A stretch of 64,000 nucleotides of DNA from contig NIVC01000317.1 of assembly GCA_002269645.1 (NCBI GenBank), positions 1 to 64,000 on the forward strand, in the 5' to 3' direction. The DNA is from Macrostomum lignano (lineage: Eukaryota). A program made the position numbers and the translations under genes. This document shows, one piece after another, positions 1 to 25,522 of the stretch (the stretch's first letter is position 1; every line of letters starts with the position of its first letter). The notes beneath the pieces are model-generated. The model did not search any database. It saw only the letters and a list, made by a program, of their open reading frames with translations, and had not been told where the DNA came from.

Positions 1-915
1 AACCTGTTCACACCAATCTGTTCACCTCAACCTGTTCACCCAACCTGTTCACCTCAACCTGTTCACCCCACCTGTTCACCCTAACCTGTTCACCCCAACC
101 TGTTCACCCCAACCTGTTCACCTCAACCTGTTCACCCTAAGCCTGTTCACCCAACCTGTTCACCCCAACCTGTTCACCCCAACCTGTTCACCCAACCTAT
201 TCACCTCAACCTGTTCACACCAACCTGTTCACCCCGACCTGTTCACACCAATCTGTTCACACCAATCTGTTCACCTCAACCTGTTAACCCCAAGCTGTTC
301 ACCTCAACCTGTTCACCCCAATCTGTTCACATCAACCTGTTCACCCCGACCTGTTCACACCAACCTGTTCACCCCGACCTTTTCACCCCAACCTGTTCAC
401 CCCAACCTGTTCACCCCAACCTGTTCACCCTAACCTGTTCACCCCAGGCTGTTCACCAAGCTGTTCACCCTAACCTGTTCACCCCAACCTGTTCACCCTA
501 ACCTGTTCACCCCAAGCTGTTCACACCAAGCTGTTCACCCTAACCTGTTCACCCCAACCTGTTCACACCAATCTGTTCACCTCAACCTGTTCACCTCAAC
601 CTGTTCACACCAACCTGTTCACCCCGACCTGTTCACCCCAACCTGTTCACCCCGACCTGTTCACCCCAACCTGTTCATCCCAATCTGTTAACCCAACCTG
701 TTCACCTCAACCTGTTCACACCAACCTGTTCACCCCGACCTGTTCACCCCGACCTGTTCACCCCGACCTGTTCACCCCGACCTGTTCACACCAATCTGTT
801 CACCTCAACCTGTTCACCCCAAGCTGTTCACACCAACCTGTTCACCCCGACCTGTTCACCTCAACCTGTTCACCCCAACCTGTTCACACCAACCTGTTCA
901 CCCCGACCTGTTCAA
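1..915. repeat. Intronic minisatellite, ~14-nt unit (AACCTGTTCACCCC and variants), in a COASY intron
   Basis: Dozens of head-to-tail copies from the window start up to the acceptor AG at 919-920. Confidence 0.97.
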
Positions 916-920
916 CCCAG

Positions 921-2237
921 AGACGAAGCTCAGCTCCTCAACCGGTCGGTACCGCCTGCTGGGCGCGCCGCTCCGTCCGCCGCTCCGCCCGCCGGTGCCC
1001 GGACGGCCTTATGTGCTCGGCCTCACGGGCGGCTCCGGCTCGGGCAAGAGCAGCGTCGGCCGCCGCCTCGCCGGTCTCGCGCGCGCCGCGTCGTCGACTG
1101 CGACCGGCTCGGCCACGCCGCCTACGCGCCCGGCACCGCCTGCCATCGCCGCCTGCTGGCCGAGTTCGGGCCAGAGATCGCGCCGGACGGACCGGACGGC
1201 GCCATCGACCGGAAGGCGCTTGGCCGGCGCGTCTTCGCCGACCAGTCGGCCAGACAGCGACTGAACGACATCGTCTGGCCGGAGATCCGGCGCTTGGCTT
1301 TAGAGGTTCGTCATGCAGAATCCGCCGCTGCCACCTGTAGAATCTCCCTCAGCCACCTATAGAATCTCCCTCAGCCACCTGTAGAATCTCCCTCAGCCAC
1401 CTCTAGAATCTCCCTCAGCCACCTCTAGAATCTCCCTCAGCCACCTGTAGAATCGCCCTCAAATCTCATATGAGAATCGCTCTCAAATCTCATACTCATA
1501 GGAGAATCGCTCTCAAATCTCTTGCTCATAGGAGAATCGCCCTCAAATCTCGTAGGAGAATCGCCCTCAAATTTCATAGAAGAATCGCCCTCAAATCTCG
1601 TAGGAGAATCGCTCTCAATTCTCATAGGATAATTGCCCTCAAATCTCATAGGAGAATCGCCCTCAAATCTTATAGGAGAATCGCCCTCAAATCTCATAGG
1701 AGAATCGCCCTCAAATCTCATAGGAGAATCGCCCTCAAATCTCATAGAAGAATCGCCCTCAAATCTCATAGGAGAATCGCCCTGAAATCTCATAGGAGAA
1801 TCGCCCTCAAATCTCATAGGAGAATCGCCCTCAAATCTAAAGATAATCGCCCTCGCCACCTAAAGAACCGGAACAAAATCGCCTACCCCCAGGCTGTGCA
1901 CTCCGGCCCCCAGTCGGCCAGTCCAGACGTCGTAGTCCTTGACGCTGCCGTGCTCCTAGAAGCCGAGTGGCAGTGCCTCTGCCACGAAGTGTGGCTCTGC
2001 CTAATCCCGAAGCGGGAGGCGGTCAAGCGGCTGACGGAGCGGGACGGCCTGACGGAGGAGGCGGCGCAGGCTCGACTGGCCGCTCAGCTGACCGATGCGG
2101 ACCGGCTCAGCTGGGCCAGCGTCGCTTTGTGCACCCTGTGGGAGCCGGAGGCCACCCAGGCTCAAGTTGAGCTGGCCTGGAAACGGTTGCTAAGGGAACG
2201 ATTGGGCGCTACTCCGGGTCCGCAGTCGAATTTGTAG
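921..2237 (+). CDS. COASY: Bifunctional coenzyme A synthase, 3' part (end of PPAT domain plus dephospho-CoA kinase domain); exons 921-1305 and 1893-2237; 5' exons outside window; one apparent -1 frameshift near 1075-1090
   Basis: Translation gives [15 protein letters not shown]...[15 protein letters not shown] (P-loop). After a 1-nt shift it reads [15 protein letters not shown]...[11 protein letters not shown]...LNDIVWPEI, then exon 2 [13 protein letters not shown]...[21 protein letters not shown]...TLWEP, matching remembered human COASY motifs. GT-AG intron 1306-1892. Confidence 0.9.
1336..1855. repeat. Intronic minisatellite: 22-nt AGAATCTCCCTCAGCCACCTGT grading into 24-nt AGGAGAATCGCCCTCAAATCTCAT
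   Basis: Direct tandem copies filling COASY intron 1306-1892. Confidence 0.95.
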
Positions 2238-2269
2238 ATCAGTTTTTTTTGTGTTCATTGATTCCGCTG

Positions 2270-3198
2270 GAGAATCGCCCTCAGCCCCTATTGGAGAATC
2301 GCCCTCAACCCCTATTGGAGAATCGGCCTCAGCCCCTATTGGAGAATCGGCCTCAGCCCCTATTGGAGAATCGCCCTCAACCCCTATTGGAGAATCGCCC
2401 TCAACCCCTATTGGAGAATCGGCCTCAGCCCTTATTGGAGAATCGGCCTCAGCCCCTATTGGAGAATCGGCCTCAGCCCCTATTGGAGAATCGGCCTCAG
2501 CCCCTATTGGAGAATCGCCCTCAACCCCTATTGGAGAATCGCCCTCAACCCCTATTGGAGAATCGCCCTCAGCCCCTATTGGAGAATCGGCCTCAGCCCC
2601 TATTGGAGAATCGGCCTCAACCCCTATTGGAGAATCGCCCTCAACCCCTATTGGAGAATCGCCCTCAACCCCTATTGGAGAATCGCCCACAGCCCCTATT
2701 GGAGAATCGCCTCAGCCCCTATTGGAGAATCGCCTCAACCCCTATTGGAGAATCGCCTCAGCCCCTATTGGAGAATCGGCCTCAGTCCCTATTGGAGAAT
2801 CGGCCTCAGTCCCTATTGGAGAATCGGCCTCAGTCCCTATTGGAGAATCGGCCTCAGTCCCTATTGGAGAATCGGCCTCAGTCCCTATTGGAGAATCGGC
2901 CTCAGTCCCTATTGGAGAATCGCCCTCAGCCCCTATTGGAGAATCGGCCTCAGTCCCTATTGGAGAATCGCCCTCAGCCCCTATTGGAGAATCGGCCTCA
3001 GTCCCTATTGGAGAATCGCCCTCAGCCCCTATTGGAGAATCGGCCTCAGTCCCTATTGGAGAATCGGCCTCAGCCCCTATTGGAGAATCGCCTCAGTCCC
3101 TATTGGAGAATCGGCCTCAGTCCCTATTGGAGAATCGCCCTCAGCCCCTATTGGAGAATCGCCCTCAGCCCCTATTGGAGAATCGGCCTCAACCCCCT
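2270..3198. repeat. 24-nt minisatellite (ATTGGAGAATCGGCCTCAGCCCCT) starting ~33 nt after the COASY stop
   Basis: About 38 tandem copies; source of the spurious ORFs 2249-3232, 2251-3210 and 2190-2690. Confidence 0.96.
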
Positions 3199-3709
3199 AT
3201 TCAAAATTGAAGTGACATTGCTATTTACCTGATTTTTGGCTGCAATGTTGTACTGTTGAAAATGTCCAACTCTTTTTTATATACCTTACTGTCATAATGA
3301 TGATGAAATTCGTACAGAAATACAACAGGTCATTTGTTTCGTCTGCAGTTGCTTGATTTCTACTGATTAATTTGTTCACAAAGCATTAAGAGCAATCTGC
3401 TCTGTGTTGAATATTGAATTTATTTTCTCTAATTATGTGTTTACCTTGATTTCGAAGGGAAAAGTAAAAATTCCGGTATACTACTTAGTTATCCGTGGTT
3501 TAGTAGCCTGCCAAGAATGCAAGTGTTGCTTTGTCCTCAATGATCGTGAGATCTCTTTAACAGAGTCAACTTTTTGGCGGGCGAAACAAACTCACGAGGG
3601 CTCAAAAGCCAACAATTCGCGCAAATACAAAATACAAACTCATATTGAAGCGAGCAAAAGCAACACAACACAACAAGGGTACTAATATCGAGTTCATCAA
3701 CAACAGTTA

Positions 3710-5470
3710 CTTCAGCTGTAAGTCAGTCGCTCAGGTGCAGCGCACTTCCTCATCGAACGGCGAAGATGCAGCATGGCGTCTGGCTACGCCTCAGCAGCAG
3801 CACCGTCAGCAAAAACTTCAAGTGCGTCCTTCGGCACCCATCGCACTGCGGCACCGCTGCCGCTGGTGTGGCTTGGTCGGAAGCTGACTGACCGCGGCCG
3901 GCTTGAGCACCTGGTCCACGTGCCTGTGTGCGTCTCTGCCGTCATCGAACCGGCACGTGAAGTCGGCCGCACCAGAAATGTCTCCAGCGTCCGTCACTCG
4001 CGAAGTCTCGCGCCAGCACCGAGTCGCCGACATTAATGCGACAGTCGTGCGCGTGGGCGTCGTGCTGCTCCTGCAGTGCCTGCTGTACGGCCACCCGGGC
4101 GGGCAGGTCAGGGCGGACTCGGTCGAGCAACGATTTCAGCCTTCGCCCCATCAGCAACTCGCAGGAAGCCCTCCCGGTAGTCGCATGCGGCGTGACTCGG
4201 TACGTCAGGAGGAACCGGGAGACTCGCTTCTCCAAAGAGCCGCTTCGCTGCTTGGCCAGCTCACGCTTCAGAGTCTGAACTGCTCGCTCTGCCTGGCTGT
4301 TGGACGCCGGGTGGTACGGAGCCGTGCGCACGTGCCGGATGCCGTTCTTGCTCAGGAATGTCTCCATCTCCGCGCTGACCAGGTTCGGACCAAGCTGGAC
4401 CGCAGCTTCTCGATAGTCGCAGTCGACAACGTCGAAGGCATCACATACACGTCCATCCATTTGGAGTGGGCGTCAACGACAACGAGCAACATCCGGCCTT
4501 GGACCCGCCCGGCGTAGTCAATGTGCAGGCGCGACCAGGGCTTGTCCGGCCACGCCCACGGCTGCAGTGGAAACGGACCCGCCGACTTCTGCATCTCCTG
4601 GCACTCGGTGCACGCGGTGACCAGCCGCTCGATCGCCTCGTCCAGCTTGGGATACCAGAAAACGCTTCTAGCCAGCGCCTTCATTCTCGTGGCGCCCTGG
4701 TGCCCCTGGTGCAGGCAGTGCAGCAGCGCCTCCCGACCGGCCTCGGGAACTACGACTCGGCAGCCCCAGAGCAGACAGCCGTCTTGGGTGCTCAGCTGGT
4801 CGGCTCGCGTGCAGTACGGCTGCAGCTCAGGTGGCGGCCGCTCCGGCCAGCAGCCGGTCTCGGTGAAGCGCAGAACTCGGGACAAGTCCGGGTCTGTCCG
4901 AGTCCAGGCCCGGATGGGCCGAGCTGTCACCGGTCCCTCGTCCAGGAAGTCCATGAGTAGGATGACTTCAGCTGGAGTTGGTGCTTCCTTCGGCTTCTCC
5001 GGCAGCGGCAGCCGACTCAGCGCATCGGCTCGGAGCAGCGACTTGCCCGCTCGGTGGACCATGGAGTACTGGTAGCCGGCCAGGAGCAGCGCCCACCGCT
5101 GGATTCTGCCAGAAGCCAGTGCTGGTATCGGCTTGGACTGGTGCAGCAGCCCGAGCAGCGGCTTGTGGTCGCTCACCAGCGTCAGCGTGAAGTCTCGGCC
5201 GTACAGGTACATGTGGAATTTCTTATCTCCGTAGATGATCGCGAGCGCCTCCTTCTCGAGCTGTGAGTATCGGGTCTGTCGACTCCGTTGATCCGTCGGC
5301 TGATGACGGCGCCGATGCCGTAAAGCGAGGCGTCGCACTCGAGCACCAGCGGCTTCTGACGGTCGAAATGCCCGAGCACCGGTGCCGGCTGAGTAGCGAC
5401 TTGCACCTGCGAAAAGCTTCGTCCTGCACAGCGTCCCATCGCCAGGGGGCGCCCTTGTTCAGCAGCAGCA
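3710..5470 (-). mobile_element. Degenerate Ty3/gypsy LTR-retrotransposon pol fragment (RT connection, RNase H, integrase Zn-binding domain, integrase core), 5'-truncated
   Basis: Motifs PVLGHFD...LECDASLYGIGAVIS, YSQLEKEALAII...HMYLYGRDF...SDHKPL, HQGHQGATRMKALARSVFWYP, WSRLHIDYAG, VVVDAHSKW, PYHPASNSQAERAVQTLK and a pol-end LRRSMRKCAAPERL. Several frameshifts; the segment expected to carry the integrase SDNG Asp appears deleted near 4400. No LTR pair recognised. Confidence 0.92.
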
Positions 5471-6270
5471 GCCCTTCGCCACGCTCCCTCTCTTATCTCC
5501 CTTCTCCCCACTCTCGCTTTTCATCTCCCTTCTCCCTGGCAGTCTGCGTTCTCTAAAAATTGCGATGGAGACGCGCTCAGCATGACAGCATCGCAGAACC
5601 ATTAGCACTGCGGCTTTGCAACCTTAGAGAACATTTCCACTCTAATCCCCTATTCGCCCTCTGTTGTCCATTTTCTGCTTTGCATTGAGTGAAAGAGCTG
5701 GATTTCGGATGCAGGGGCAGGGAGTTTGCAGTGCTTGAATGCCGTAGTCTAGCTGGGAGAATCAGCTGGGTTAGATAGGCGAAAGCCGACGGTGCACTCT
5801 GCACTTTGCCTGTGTATTGCACTGCAGTTCGAGCCCCAGCTGGACTGGCTGTGGCTGCCTGGGGGAGGGGAAAGGAGGTGCTGCCGTTGCCGCAAGACTG
5901 TACCGGCTTTGCAGTTGCGCACACCGGGAATGCCTGGGGCTGGATGCCTATGCAGATCTGCAAGGAGGGCCGGCAGGGGATAGCAGGGGAGAGCTAGGGA
6001 ACCGCTAGCCATCCCCTCAGCCCCATGGCTCCCAGCCTTCGTGTCACGGTGGATCTTTGCTGCAAAACGAAGGAGAAAGTTTTCAGTGTCCCCAGCAACC
6101 GCCCCAACCCTTCGGTCCATATTGCCTTGGTCCGACCAAGCAGCCCCCGGCCTCGTAGTTCAAAGTAGCCGATAGACTTTGTGAAGCAATTCTCTTATAC
6201 TCTTAAGGAGGAATTCGATTCCCGATTTCCCGACGACAGCAGCAGAGCACTGCTTGATCTGCCAGGAAAC

Positions 6271-20771
<14,501 letters not shown>

Positions 20772-21574
20772 ATGCTGGCGATCGAGCGACCCCAGTCTGA
20801 CTTTTCATATAGTCGTTATAACTAAATTACTTATTATTATATCATTACTTTAATTAGTAAATCCTTTAATCTGTACCGACATCGTGGAATCTTAACAGTT
20901 ACATCAGTTCCTGTGACATCTAATTATATTTTTTTAGTATTATAAAACGTTTTCAAGGTGAACTTTGGTTTGTTGAAATCATGGAATTTACTTTTAGTTA
21001 AGACGAGACTCAAACTTAATAAAAACGCGGTGTAGCTACTTATAATAACAATATTGCGTTTTTCTCTTCACTTAGCTATTGCTTACATTGCGCTGCGGTC
21101 TCAAGCAAAATTCAATTTGTTGTGTTCGAGTCACAGGTTATCAGTTGAAGCAAGCACAGACTCCAAAGCCTAATGAACAGCAAGCAATGAAACTCAATCG
21201 TAGCAGACCGTTGCTTAGCGCCTTAGCGGGTGGTACTGGTATAAAATCTAGCACTCTCTGGCGAGTGATACAGACAGGAACGCCTCTCACGGGTCACGGC
21301 CTCTCAGTCAAAGCGTCAAAGTCTTCTTCGAACTACGGTCGGTGTTAGTGTTAGGCCATAGACATCCTAAAAGCGCAGACATCATCCCCAAGCCATGGAT
21401 GAATAGAGACCTAGCCTGATCGGATTGATAACTCAATATATACTCGTACAACATACTCGTACAAGTATAACTTATTAAAAGTGAAATATTATTAAAAACA
21501 CGACACGGACGAAACACGATCGCTTTGTCAACATATTTTGTTTATATTTCTTCATCTTACAATACTGTGCTAAG

Positions 21575-21646
21575 TCCCTGATGGTCTAGCGGTTAGGATT
21601 CCTGGCTCTCACCCAGGCGGCCCGGGTTCGACTCCCGGTCAGGGAA
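21575..21646 (+). tRNA. trnE-CTC: tRNA-Glu (anticodon CTC)
   Basis: 72 nt TCCCTGATGGTCTAGCGGTTAGG...CTCTCAC...GGTTCGACTCCCGGTCAGGGAA; acceptor stem TCCCTGA/TCAGGGA, anticodon stem CCTGG/CCAGG, A and B boxes, T5 Pol III terminator at 21652-21656. Confidence 0.97.
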
Positions 21647-22903
21647 TATAATTTTTGCACTAGCGTCAGTCTTTACCAACCTCATTTTTTTCTACGACTA
21701 CAATCAAACTTCTAAAGCAATATACGAATATACGATTATATTTTCGAAAGCAATTTTTGACTGCTAGAAAAGAACAAAAATAGTTTCAACTTAAACAACT
21801 ATCCGACCGTACTGTGCTTGAAATTTTTATTATCTTGAAAATTTCCAGACTGTAATAACCAACCAAACGTTAGAATTTTATAATTAATCGACTTCTGAAT
21901 TGTTTTTGAGTTTTTCAAATTAAATAACTATATAAAAACAGCCCTCACGATCATATGACAATAATTTCCATTGAGCTTTTTATGTATTCAATAGCGCTTG
22001 CGACTGCAGAGGCGCAGAGAATTTATCAATTCCGATATGTATCGAAGAATAGATTTCAGATAGGCTTTTTGGCCTACTTAAACCAGCAGTTAAACAATAG
22101 ATAGTTGGCAGTGTATAGTGCTTTGGTACAGCAGTACTAACCTACTGGTAGTAGGTATAAATCTTGAGGGCAGCAGTACTCTTTTTACAACTTGTTAGAA
22201 GTTGCTAATAACAGAAGAAATTCAATAACGCTATTGAATCTCACGTATGTAGCTTTTTGCTTGGCTTGACGTGAAGCCCAAAGCTTCGTTTAATAAATGT
22301 ATTTATCGAACTAAAAATAAGGCACTTTTTACTGCAAATTTGTGGGGCACCAAGCAAAATATTATTAAAAAGAAACCAGGGTTTTGACGGATTAGGACAT
22401 TTACGAAATAAGTTAGCGAGTACGAGTAGTGTGTATAGCTTCTTTGTACTATTTTTTACTGTTTAATTAAAAATAAAAAAAACAATAACTCCAGTCAGTC
22501 ATGTCAGTCTTTCTAACTTAAATCTCTATTACATTGACTTCAATGGCTCAATAAAATTAATTTGTGTCAGCAGTGGTTCAATCATGTAGCACTACATTTG
22601 GAAAAGATCACCGACTTAAAGATGCACGTGCAAAACAAAGGTACAGAAAAATGACTAAAGCTGTAAATTTTCCCTTTGGACCGACGGGACTGGGCTCTAT
22701 GTTTGGCCAACTATTCATTTGGCCACGGATCGCATTTCATAAGTAGTATGGGTAGCATATTATTGACAAATGATACCCAAAAGATGCAACATCAAATAGA
22801 ATAAAAAGGAACTCGGTATAGACTAAAAGAGAGAGAGAGTAAAATTATAGAATTAAGCAATTCGTTAAGTTTTAGCTTTGCTCGTTAATTGAAACGCGCC
22901 AAT

Positions 22904-24106
22904 TCAAAGTAGTGAGCAGCAGCACTGCTGCGGATAGTCCGGGAAGTACACTTTCCTGTCCAGGCCGTACACGAAGAACTTTCCGCCGTGACCGTCGAAC
23001 TTCCAGCTGACCTCAGTGACTGGCGTCACCAGCACCTTGTGCCGCATAGCCAAAATCCTGCCGTCCTTCTTGTACTTGGCGATCATGGCCGGCAGCAGCT
23101 CCTTGGAGAACTTCTGGATGTGCTCTTCCGGAAAGTCGGATAGAGGCACCAGCACCGCATTCTCATCGCAGTACACCTCCTGGCCCTTGACTTCGGACAC
23201 CAGGTGATCAGGCAGGGCCGTCTCCTCGTGGATCTTGTCCTCGCTGTGCGTCTCCCACTTGGTCTGGTTCTGAACATACCACTTGAGCTTCTTGTGCCCG
23301 TCGCAGGTCTTGCACTTGTAATTGCCGTGGCCGTGGCACCGGCCGCAGGCGCGCTGGCCGCTGCCGCTGCAGATGCCGCAAGGCTGAGGACCTTCGGGAC
23401 CCTCCTGCTCGCCGCTGCCGCTGCAGTGGTCGCAGGCGAAGAACTCCTTGCCTTTGCACTCGCGACAGCGCACCTTGCCTTTGCCTTTGCAGTACCAGCA
23501 CTTGCGCACAGAGCAGGTGTGCGGCACCTCCTTCTTCAACTTGTCCTCCTTCCATTGATTGGACGGCTTCATCTCCAGCTCCCAGGGCATCGGCGCGCTG
23601 CCAGCCTTCGGCGGATCAATGCTATCGCCCTTCTTGTAGCCGGTGGACTTCCACTTCACCTTGCGCTCCTCGACGAACATCTCGCAGCGGTAGACGATGG
23701 CGCTGTTAAGCTTCAGGTCGGACAGCTCCATGGACTCGGCGGCCCCAGTGCGCCAGCAGCTCTGCGACTGGACGTACTTCAGCAGGGCGTCGCGCACCGA
23801 CTTGCCGTCCAGCCGGCCGACGTCCTTGGGAATGTCCTTGGGCAACGGCTTGTACTCGGTGTCGTTCGGCTCGTCAGGCGGCGGCAGGAAGCGGGTCTTC
23901 TTCCGATCGTCACCCTTCTTCCGGTAGGTCGGCTGCCCGATGATGCTCTCGTAGGCGTCGACCTTGTCGGGCCGGTACTTGTGGTCCTTGCCCTTCGAGG
24001 CCTTCTTCGCCATCTTCTTCTCTTCATCGGAGCTGGACGAGGCCAGAGAAGTCTCCGAGGACGAGTAGTCGGTGTCGATTTCGATGTCGCCAAACTTGAA
24101 GCCCAT
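22904..24106 (-). CDS. SSUH2: SSUH2-like protein (DnaJ-type CxxCxGxG zinc-finger repeats), intronless, 400 aa
   Basis: Repeated CxxCxGxG motifs, upstream PxPWE...EVPHTCSV, downstream L..PVTEV...F.VYG..RKVYFPDYPQQCCCSLL (CaaX-like end); architecture matches SSUH2 as remembered. Confidence 0.85.
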   Translation of the reverse strand: MGFKFGDIEIDTDYSSSETSLASSSSDEEKKMAKKASKGKDHKYRPDKVDAYESIIGQPTYRKKGDDRKKTRFLPPPDEPNDTEYKPLPKDIPKDVGRLDGKSVRDALLKYVQSQSCWRTGAAESMELSDLKLNSAIVYRCEMFVEERKVKWKSTGYKKGDSIDPPKAGSAPMPWELEMKPSNQWKEDKLKKEVPHTCSVRKCWYCKGKGKVRCRECKGKEFFACDHCSGSGEQEGPEGPQPCGICSGSGQRACGRCHGHGNYKCKTCDGHKKLKWYVQNQTKWETHSEDKIHEETALPDHLVSEVKGQEVYCDENAVLVPLSDFPEEHIQKFSKELLPAMIAKYKKDGRILAMRHKVLVTPVTEVSWKFDGHGGKFFVYGLDRKVYFPDYPQQCCCSLL

Positions 24107-24260
24107 GGTTGGTTACCGGGTGTATCTGAATTCTGCTATCTGATTTTCTGCGCTCCCAGATTCCTGTTTGCCGGTGCAGGGACCCTCGCTGTCAGCTTTC
24201 CGCTGCTTTTAGCTTCGATTTCTGCCCCCTCCATCTCCCCCCATGCCGTAGAGGGAAGCG

Positions 24261-24657
24261 GCATGGAAACGCGTGGCCTCTGCCTAGCAACCAGTTTTGC
24301 CCGCTGCCCCCGCAAGAGCAGGGAGGGAAAGAAACAGAAGCTGTGGGCAAGAGGGGGTAGAAATTTGAGCAGCCCAACACTCAGTATCAGCGGGTGCCCA
24401 CCCCAAATCTGCCTAGCAACCGGGCAGGGGGGGGGGGGTTGTCGGCGACCGGCGTCCCCGACAGTGGGGAAAACAATTGAGAAAGCGCTTAGGCTTCCCC
24501 ACAGCGCCAGTTATCCACAGCTGGGGACAGCGCAGCTTGTGTTCTCATGCGCACTCCTTCATGGGTGTTGTTAATTTTCTTTTCAAAAACTTCTCTCCCT
24601 CACTCTCTTTGGTTCCTCTCTCCTTAGCTAGTATTCCCACTGCGTTGCCATAGAGAC
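24261..24657. promoter_or_regulatory. Cluster of RFX/X-box-like motifs between divergent SSUH2 and Amt
   Basis: GCATGGAAAC 24261-24270, CCTAGCAAC 24283-24291 and 24412-24420, GTTGCCATAGAGAC 24644-24657 (12/14 to GTTGCCATAGCAAC). Motif match only. Confidence 0.4.
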
Positions 24658-25522
24658 GAGGCAAAACTCCCTGCGCCCAGCAAACACTGCAGCTTGGCTT
24701 AGAACTCCCGAACTGCAAACACCGGCTGCTTAAACTCAGGTAGAAAACGGTCCCCACTAAATCCACAAGCAGTCTTTGAGACTGAAGAGGCAACCTGGGC
24801 CTTTCTTTCAGCTATTCTGCATTTTATTCAACACGATTGGCTTTCCTCTACATTTCCTGCAATTAGAATTACCTCTAGAAGAAAATGCCTGCGGGCCAAC
24901 AGCCTTCAAGTATACCGTTGTCTTGGTAACCAGAATGTCTGATTGCGTGTATAAAAAAAATCTAAAATTCAGGAATACAGGATGAAAGCCTACTAGTTGC
25001 TAAGTTAAGCATAGAATATGCTTCATTTGCCCTTCTGGCGACCCAGCTTTAGTAAAGAGAAACAAATATCTGCTGCTAAATGCATCACTCCTCAAAAAGA
25101 CAGATCAATCCGTCTCCGCTACTGCAAGTAGCTTAGAAATAATCAACAGATTTTATTCCGCAATTCCGGTTTGCAACATGGCAAGCAAGCAAGCGAGACC
25201 AGCGAACTACAAATAAAACATGTAGAGTAGTTTTGAGCACCGATAGGAAACTAGATGCTCTGCACTCACCCCTGGTCAGGTCTGACCAGCAGTCTGAGCA
25301 CTACTCAGTATTTATTATAGGACCTTTACAACTTGGTTTAGCATACTTCTGTACTTAAGCCAACAGTAATTGCATGAGACACCTGATACGCTACGGCAGG
25401 TGACTTCTATAATTATAAGACGAAGAATAAGAAACGATGGGCGTGTCATGGAGTGCCGCCAAAAAGGCTTTTCAAGGTCTCCCATAGCCCAGCCCTTGCT
25501 CTGTAAACAAGTTCAGTGAAAT

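Noticed and set aside
1437-3232. Long repetitive ORFs ([24 protein letters not shown])
   Set aside because: They are translations of 24-nt stop-free minisatellites, open in several frames and on both strands.
3200-3710. Possible 3' LTR of the gypsy fragment
   Set aside because: No clear polypurine tract and no second LTR to define boundaries.
5560-6130. GC-rich block upstream of collagen as a possible transposon related to the Chapaev interior
   Set aside because: Similarity is only impressionistic, with no TIR or TSD; more simply the collagen upstream region.
23204-24574. 456-aa plus-strand ORF
   Set aside because: Antisense shadow of the GC3-rich SSUH2 CDS; no recognisable motifs.
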